DNA of 10,356 nt from positions 1 to 10,356 of the forward strand of contig CDMY01000925.1 in the NCBI GenBank assembly GCA_001179505.1, written 5' to 3'. Position numbers and translations under genes: made by a program. This DNA comes from Vitrella brassicaformis CCMP3155. Lineage: Eukaryota > Protista > Chromerida. Of this stretch, positions 1 to 8,844 are shown in pieces. Each line of letters starts with the position of its first letter. Position 1 is the stretch's first letter. The notes below the pieces were generated by a model. The model saw nothing but the letters and a program-made list of their open reading frames with translations, had not been told where the DNA came from and searched no databases.

Positions 1-92
1 CTTTTGCGAGCAGCAGCGGTTTCAAGGGAGCACCCTAGACGGCCTGACGGCCAAGCTTTTTTCAATAACTTGCTCCTTTAGGGTACATCAGT

Positions 93-779
93 TTAACGGT
101 CAGTGAAAACACGAAGCTTCTTGACATATTTATGTGTCTGTAGTACTGAAAGCAACACATCACCGCTACCGATTTTCCTTTTCTCTTCCATACGATCGTG
201 ATCGAACGTTTTGTCTGACCGAACGTGTTGTTTCTTAAAGACGCAAATTGGGCACTAGCCCAATTCGCGGACATCCGTTGACTTGCCATTTAGTGTGTTC
301 ATGCTCATGCAATGAATACGTACCTTCCTCCAGCTCGGCAGAGTCGTCAGGCCGCTGCTCCTCTGAACCACCGCAACAGACAGGAGCGCACCACAATGAG
401 TCATGTGTGCGCACGTGTGTGCGCTTAGAGGTGACCCTCACAGACACTTACCGACACATGTGTCGGTGTGGAGCTACTACCTTTACACGGCAGCCACACG
501 CCAACCTTGGTAGCCCAGGAACCACCCTGAGTGGCTGTGCAGAGGGTAGCAGTGCGGTCGCTGGTGATCCTCCACCCATATGTCTGCATCGATACACAGC
601 CCACACACACATACCCTCAGGATCATTCTCGTCTGGCTGCTTGTTGGTCCTCTCCCGCTCGGCCAACTGGAAAGCTGCAGCGACGCATACACACTGAGCA
701 CATCCGTATATGCCGTGTGCGATGCGATTGATTCCTCCTACCAGCCCGCAGCTCGGCAGAAACGAGGGTTCTCCACCGT
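93..779 (-). other. Chain of apparently spliced exons with no convincing start codon (pseudogene remnant, spliced 3' UTR, ncRNA or unannotated gene)
   Basis: Candidate exons 779-742, 674-615, 534-481 (alternative donor GTAAGT at 451), 362-324 and 145-93. Splice sites resemble those in valS (tgtgtgcag, G|gtatgt, G|gtacgt, ctttcag). One frame reads RWRTLVSAELRA-AFQLAERERTNKQPDENDPE-ATQGGSWATKVGVWLPCK-EEQRPDDSAELEE-VLQTHKYVKKLRVFTDR*. No recognisable domain. Confidence 0.4.
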
Positions 780-1169
780 CTGCACACACACACTCACACA
801 CACACACAGACGCAGACATGATGATGGACTCGTATGTATGTCTGTGTGTGTATATATGTATATGTGTGCACGTGTGATGTGCTCGTGAGGGTCACAGGTT
901 TCTTTGTGTGGTGGCTGGCTGGCTCGTCGGTCAAGAAAGTGGCAATCAATTAGGTTGCCTCATGGTTGCCTCACACGTGTTCAGAAATCACACGGCACGC
1001 CTCAAGTCTTAATTGACCAATCCACGAACAACACACATGACGCTCAGATTAGTCCACAAGTCAACATACCACACCGCAATAAAGACGCTCACGCAATCAC
1101 TTGTACACACACAACGACACACGTCACGTACGTGTGCAGGTGGAGTGAGGCCGGGTTAGTGTGAGTATA

Positions 1170-2617
1170 TCAGTATATTTTGCCTTGGTGTGTGATCTTC
1201 AGAATGTTCGCCTTCGCATCCTCAAGTGCTGCACGCACACCACAGACACACCCAAACATCCATCTGTCCTTCTCTATGAAGCGCCCCCCCCCCCTTTCTG
1301 TCTGCGTGTGTGCGTCTGTGTGTGTCTCTGGTACCTTTCAGTTCGTCTCTGAGTTGTGCGATCTTCTCGGTGTTTGTCTGTCGGACGTCCTCGGGGGCCT
1401 TGTCGACGTAATTGGGCATCTCAGTCTTCTTGACGTAGCTGTCCAACTGATACAATCCACACACACATTGGCGGAAGGGTGGATGCATCTGTATGTGTTG
1501 GGTGTACGTGTGTGTACCGATTTCTGGCAGTTGCCGAGTTTCTTGTCAATCTTCTCGACCGTTTGCTGCACACAAGTCACACAACACACAACACACGTGT
1601 GATTGCAATGCATAGATGACACACGGGACGGATGGGATGGATACCTACCTGCAGATTGACAGTGCCTTTCGGGTCGATGAACACGTCGCACTGGTCGCTC
1701 ACAACATCCCGCACGCACCCCTCCGGGTCCCTCTCGCCCCCCTCTATGACCTTCACGGTGCCGTACTTTGACAGAGTGGCGATGTCGTCTGACCGACGGC
1801 TGAGGAACGCAGACAGCTCATCAGACCTGTGCCTGGTGGGTGTGTTGGTTTAATCGCAGACAGGGGGACACACACACAGAGAGAGAGGAAGGGGGGGGGG
1901 GGGGNNNNNNNNNNNNNNNNNNNNNNNNNNNNNNNNNNNNNNNNNNNNNNNNNNNNNNNNNNNNNNNNNNNNNNNNNNNNNNNNNNNNNNNNNNNNNNNN
2001 NNNNNNNNNNNNNNNNNNNNNNNNNNNNNNNNNNNNNNNNNNNNNNNNNNNNNNNNNNNNNNNNNNNNNNNNNNNNNNNNNNNNNNNNNNNNNNNNNNNN
2101 NNNNNNNNNNNNNNNNNNNNNNNNNNNNNNNNNNNNNNNNNNNNNNNNNNNNNNNNNNNNNNNNNNNNNNNNNNNNNNNNNNNNNNNNNNNNNNNNNNNN
2201 NNNNAGGGGGGGGGGGGGGCAATGGATGGATGGATGGATGGATTGACGGACGGCTGTGTGTGTGTCTGTTTGGGTACCTGACGTAGACGGCGACGCTTTT
2301 GGTGTCCTTTGGGGGGATCTCCAGTGTCATGGCCATCGACCTGATTGATTGATTGATGGATCCACACAGACCACCCAGGTTTGGTTTATGCATTGACAGG
2401 CAAGCGTGTGTGGGCACCTGAGCTGCCGGATGACCGATTGGAAGACCTTCATCTCCTCCTGTGTGTTGTGTGCAGTGCACATAGACATCCACTCATAAAT
2501 GAATAAACTTGTGTATGGGCTGGGCTGCTCACGTCAATGGTCATGTTGTCCCAGGCTAGCACTTCCTGTGGGTAAGTCGCCACCACTATCGACTCACTCT
2601 TGTGCCGACTACACACA

Positions 2618-2652
<35 letters not shown>

Positions 2653-3396
2653 GGTGGGTGTATCGGTGTGTGCATATGTGTGTGTGGTGGCTAACCTGTT
2701 AGGTATCCTTTGGTACAGCTCCTCGGTGACGAAGGGCAGAAGGGGGTGCAGCAAGCTGCATCGGCGAAGACGAATGTGCATCGTGTTCTGATCTTTCTTT
2801 TGTTGTTATTACCGCAGTCCACAATCCAGACACGTGTACCTGCCCCACACAGCCACAGACAGTGTCCTTGTCCATCATGTGTCAAGCTTCCTCCCTCTCT
2901 CTCTGTGTGTGTGTGTGTGTGCGTACTTACAGGGTCTCAAGGGCGACTATCTGGTCCGGGGTGCGTTGAGGCGAGTCACTTGGTGCGTCAGCCAACCGTG
3001 GCTTGAGCAGCTCCAAGTAGACGTCACACAGCTCATACAGCCTTCACACACACATACATTGACATCCACACACATGTCATGTGTGTGAGGCGTACAAGGA
3101 TGGATGAACCAGTGTGCTGACCGACCAGAAGTTGTATGTGGCCTGGACACACTCCGCGAACATATACGACTCGAAGGACTCGTTCGTCTTCACGCACAAA
3201 CAAATCATTATTGTGTCCACGCATCCATCCATCAGTGCGCTAAGCATGCTTAGGACACTTACCGCCTTAGCGGCCATGGAGAGCCTGTGCAGAATCCACT
3301 CGTCCATCCACTGCCGCTTGTCAGCCATCCTCACACCCTTGGCCTCAAAACCACGAGGGAAGTTGAGCAGCGCAAACCGCACCTGTACGCAACACA

Positions 3397-3431
<35 letters not shown>

Positions 3432-3862
3432 CGTGTGTCGGGGATGGGGTTGGTTGGATTGCAACTTACGGCGTTCCACAGTTTGTTACAGAAGTGACGG
3501 TACCCGACCACGCGATTGATGTCCAGGTTGACGGACCGGCCTGACGCACACACATTCATATGACGCACAGCACAGCACAGGCTGTTCCCTTGTGCGTGTC
3601 GGATCTGAGTTTGTCTGCGCACCCACCGACCCACCGACCCACCTTGTTTTGTGTATGCGAGCAGCCCATATCTGAGCGCATCGGCGCCGCACTGTGGAAT
3701 GCCCTGCACACACAATACAACACACAACACAAGACATACCATAGACGCGGATGTGCGTGTCTTTGGAGTGGGGGGGAGGGGAGAGGGGGCGTGTGGACCT
3801 GGGGGAAGTCTTTCTTCTGGACGTCCATGGCTCGCTTGATCTGCACACACACAGAGCACACA

Positions 3863-3922
<60 letters not shown>

Positions 3923-4769
3923 GCACACACATGGGTGGGGTGGTGGGTGGTTGTGTGCTTTGTGTGTGCCACCGTGCACACGCACCTCTTTCTCCTGCAG
4001 ATTGCCTTCCCGCAGTTTCTGGTGCAGCCCTTCCAGCGTGATGCCCTCTATCACCTCTATCGGGTCAATCACATTCCCTACACACATACATCCACACATC
4101 CATCCATCCCAAGAGAGAGACAGCGAGCTCTCTCTGTGTCTGTCTGTCTGTCTGTCTGTGTGTTGTGTGCCTGTGCGGATTGGTACCTACCCTTGCTCTT
4201 GCTCATCTTCTGTCCATGTGCGTCACGCACCATTGCGTGCAGGTACACCTTTACACACACATCCACACACACACACACACTCATGAAATCAATGCACACG
4301 ATGGATGGATGGATGGTCGTGTACCTTGTCGAAGGGCAGCTGGTTAGTCAGCTGCAGGGACATCATGACCATCCTCGCCACCCAGAAGAACAGGATGTCG
4401 TGACCTAATCAACACACGCGCCCGAGTCGACGTTCCTCCTTTTCTGAGTTCAGGGTTTAGGGTTTCTGCGCCTAAACCCTAAACCCTAACCCTATTGTGT
4501 GTGGCTGACCGGTCTCGAGCAGTGTGGTTGGGAAGAAGGCGGCGATGTCTTCGTTGTCGGCATTGTCGGGCCACCCGAACACGGAGAATGGGAACAGACC
4601 AGACGAGAACCACGTGTCTGCCATACACACACATGCACAGATGCACAGATGTACAGAGAGAGAGAGAGGGGTTTCAAGTGTGTGTGTACCGAGGACGTCT
4701 TGGTCCTGCTCGAGCTTGATTGCCCCGGCCTCCTGCACGCACACAACAATCACACACACAGCCATCCCT

Positions 4770-4810
<41 letters not shown>

Positions 4811-6409
4811 TTCGGTGAGTGAGTGCGAGTATGTGGGTACCGTACCACGTTCACGCCTCTGTCTGTGAGGGCCTTGGCCGCCTTCTCCTTGGCCTCCTCC
4901 GCACTCCGCCCGGCAATCCACATGTCGTCACCCTCCTAGTGGACACACATGGGATGACACACACACACACATGCGTGTGTGGGATGTGTGTGTGCGAGGG
5001 TACTCTACCAGCTGTGGCTCGACGACTTTGTACGCTGGGATCCTGTGGCCCCACCACAATTGCCGCGACACACACCTACACACGCACACACACACAGGGA
5101 GAGAGTGAGAAAGTCCATTGCGTATGTGTGTTGCTGCTGGTGTGACCAGTCTCGAATGTCCTCTAGCCAGTTGAACCATGTGACCTTGTGGAACGCCGGG
5201 ATGAGCTCCAACTCGCCAGTCCGGACGGCCTGACCATTCATTCACACAGATAGATAGATGCACACATGCGATGCGATGCAATGCGTGGCCGCATCGGGTC
5301 GACATGAAGAAAGAGAGTGTGCGCTATAGGGTACGCACCTCACAGGCGCGTCTGGCCATGTCCTTGCAGTCGACGTACCACTGCGGGACCAGCAGCGGCT
5401 CAATGATGTCTGCACAATACATACAATTGCACACATACCACATGGCATGGATCGGATCCCATGTGGGCTGGGCGTGCGTGTGTGTGTGTATGTGTATGTG
5501 TGTGCGCTTCGCTTCCCCACCCCCGTACCTCCCGACCGCGAGCACATTCCCAGCCGCATCGGGTTGGGCGTCTTGCCGCGCAGCAGACCCTGCGATCGAT
5601 TGTGTGCATTCATTCATTCCACACACATACAATGTGTGTATCTGTGTGTGGGCATATGGGAATCAGCCGTACTAACCATCTTTTCCAGCTCTTGTTGGAT
5701 GTTGAACCGACACTCAAACCGGTGCTGGCCCTGTGGGGTGTGGTGTGCAGTCATTCAAGCGTGGAAGCGTTCCATTCATCCTTCTCTCTCTCTCTGTCTG
5801 GCCGTCTGAGTGTCCGTCGTGCGGTGCCTGTGTGGTGGGTACTTTGAAGGGCCCGGCATTTTCGTTCATGTAGCCCTTCTCGTCGATGATCGTGATGAAC
5901 TCCAAACCTACACACACACACACACACACACGCACACACACAAAGGCGTGTGTGTATGAGTCTGGATGACGCACACACATCATGCGCACACTCACCGTGC
6001 TTTTTGCCGCACTTGAAGTCATTGTGGTCGTGGGCCGGTGTGATCTTCACAGCACCTACACACACACACACACACATGGATGGATGGATGGATGGACGGA
6101 CATTTAGTTCTCATTTCTCCATCTCCATCTCTCTCTGCACATGTGTGTACCAGTTCCGAAGGTCATGTCGACGAGTTCGCCGTCGGTGACGACAACCATC
6201 GACCTGTCGGGGATGAAGGGGTGGCGGAGGCGCTTGCCGTGGTAGGCCTGCACACACACAGAAATGACACACACACATTTCTGTGTGTCATTTCTGTGTG
6301 TGTGGGTTTGTTACTTTGTATCGCTCGTCATCGGGGTGTACGGCAACGGCCACGTCGCCGAGCATCGTCTCGATACGAGTCGTGGCCACCTCGATCATCG
6401 CACCATCTG

Positions 6410-6444
<35 letters not shown>

Positions 6445-8812
6445 GGAGAGAGGGAGGGGGGCGTTGAAGGCGGTGTCTGTCTGTCTGTCTGTGTGTGTGT
6501 GTGCGTGTGTACCTTGTCCTTCTATAGGATAGCAGAAGTGGACCAGCACGCCGACCTCAACACGATGCGAGAACCCTGCACACACACACAAACACACACA
6601 CACGGATGAATGGATGGATGGACACGGAGGGAGGGCTGCATTGCAGTGCATACCAGGGATGTTGATGTGCTTGGGCTCGTTGATCTCCTCCTATACAGAC
6701 ACACATCAGATCACATGACATCAACAACCACACACACACGTTTCACCCACCGAACGAACGCACCTGGTCGACTTCGATGTCGCTGAGTGCAGTCTTGAGG
6801 AAGGGACACCACGACACCAGCCGAGTGGCACGGTATGTCAAACCTGATGCAGATACATCCATCCATCCATCCATCATCCACACATCGATTCGATGCGACC
6901 ACACGCATGGCATGTGGTGATTGTGTGTGGGGTGGGGATGTGTGCCGACCGGCATCGAACATGCGGACAAAGGCTTCCTTGACGGCCTTGGACAACATCT
7001 GGTGCAGTGCACACCAAGAAACGATACACGTGTGTGTGTGTGTTTCGGTCTCACTTCTCTCTCTCTCTCTCTCTATCTCTGTGTGTGTGTGTGTGCGGTG
7101 TGTGCGCGTGGTGGTCTCACTCACGTCGTTCATTGTGAAGGCTTCCCTCGTCCAGTCGACCGACGCGCCGATTCGCCGCAGCTGATAGCAGATGGTGTTG
7201 CCCTTCTCCTCCTACACACACACACACACATTGGTTTGGTTTCTGTTCTTTTGATGGATGTGTGTGTGTGGTTGCCGACCGACCTTCCATTGCCACACTT
7301 TGTCGACGAACGCCTCACGGCCGTAATCGTGCCGCGTCTTGCCTATCCNNNNNNNNNNNNNNNNNNNNNNNNNNNNNNNNNNNNNNNNNNNNNNNNNNNN
7401 NNNNNNNNNNNNNNNNNNNNNNNNNNNNNNNNNNNNNNNNNNNNNNNNNNNNNNNNNNNNNNNNNNNNNNNNNNNNNNNNNNNNNNNNNNNNNNNNNNNN
7501 NNNNNNNNNNNNNNNNNNNNNNNNNNNNNNNNNNNNNNNNNNNNNNNNNNNNNNNNNNNNNNNNNNNNNNNNNNNNNNNNNNNNNNNNNNNNNNNNNNNN
7601 NNNNNNNNNNNNNNNNNNNNNNNNNNNNNNNNNNNNNNNNNNNNNNNNCCTATCCCCCCCCCCCCCCCACACACACACACACACAGACAGAGTCGTGCAT
7701 CGTGTCGGTCTTGTTTCTCTGTGTGTGTGTATATCTGTGTGCACCGTACCCTCGGTCTTTGCCAGCTGCCTCTCCACGACAGCTTGTGTGGCGATGCCGG
7801 CGTGGTCGGTCCCCGGCACCCACAACGTCACATCGCCACGCATACGGTGCCTGTCAGTCAGGATACACACACACAGGGGCCATGGGCGTGGGTGTGTGAG
7901 TGTCCATATGTGAGCATTGCGGATTGGATCACCGACCATCTGGTGAGGGAGTCTTCGATGGCCGTGGTGAGTGTGTGGCCGATGTGCAGGTTGCCCGTCA
8001 CGTTGGGCGGGGGGATCACCATGATGAACTTCTGACTGTCCTTGGTGTGGAGGGACGCCTTGGCGTCAGGCGTGAAGTACCCCTGAACACACACATATAC
8101 ACATACACTCGCACCGACACATCAGCCGGGGGTGCGTGTGTGTGTGTGTGACGGTAGAGCGTACCTGTTGCTCCCACCAGTCGCTCCATGCGCTCTCGAC
8201 CACCGTGGGGTCGTACCCACTCTCCATCGCATGGGACAAATCTACACACACACGGGCACACACACACACACACACAGACACACAAATGGATGGATGGATG
8301 GATGGAGGTGTGTGTGCGACGGTAGGTGCAGCACCTTTCTTGGCGCCTTTGGGTGTGGGGTTGACGAACGGCTGCACGCATGTAGCAACACGGCACAAAG
8401 GAAGGAAGATGGGAGCGCATCTGAGTGAGTGCGGTGTGCGGTCCCCCAACCAGTCAGTCACCTGTTTGACCTCTTGTGCCGCACCGCTGGCTTTGCCCTT
8501 AGCGCTGCTGGATGGATGGATGGATGGACCCACACACACACACGCACATCCATCCATCCATTCATGTGTGTGTGTGAGGATCGCTCCCCACGTGTCGCCT
8601 TTGTCTTTGCCCGCTGCTTTCTTGGCGCCCTTGTCCTTCTTCTCCTTCTTGCCCTGGCCAACAGCCGCAGCACCACCTATGGGCACACATGAGCAGCAGC
8701 TCACTGCATCTGTGTCCGCCATCCTATGTGTAAGTGACTGTCTGTGGTGTGGTCGCGTACCTGCGCCATTGGCGCCTTCAATCACAGGGGCAGAAGCACT
8801 GTCGTGCGCTGC

Positions 8813-8844
<32 letters not shown>

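Noticed and set aside
584-614. 31-nt intron giving ...DIWVEDHQRPH...
   Set aside because: Too short; the acceptor at 535 gives an 80-nt intron with a better pyrimidine tract.
1078-1083. Plus-strand AATAAA suggesting a convergent transcript
   Set aside because: No credible plus-strand gene model upstream; splice signals in 93-900 fit the minus strand better.
3077-4408. Long ORFs in the supplied track (340 aa minus, 282 aa plus, and many HT/CV-rich ones)
   Set aside because: They are stop-poor read-throughs of CA/TG microsatellite introns or antisense shadows of valS exons.
8592-8600. GC-AG intron donor at AAAG|GCGACA
   Set aside because: A canonical GT donor at 8591 gives the correct phase.
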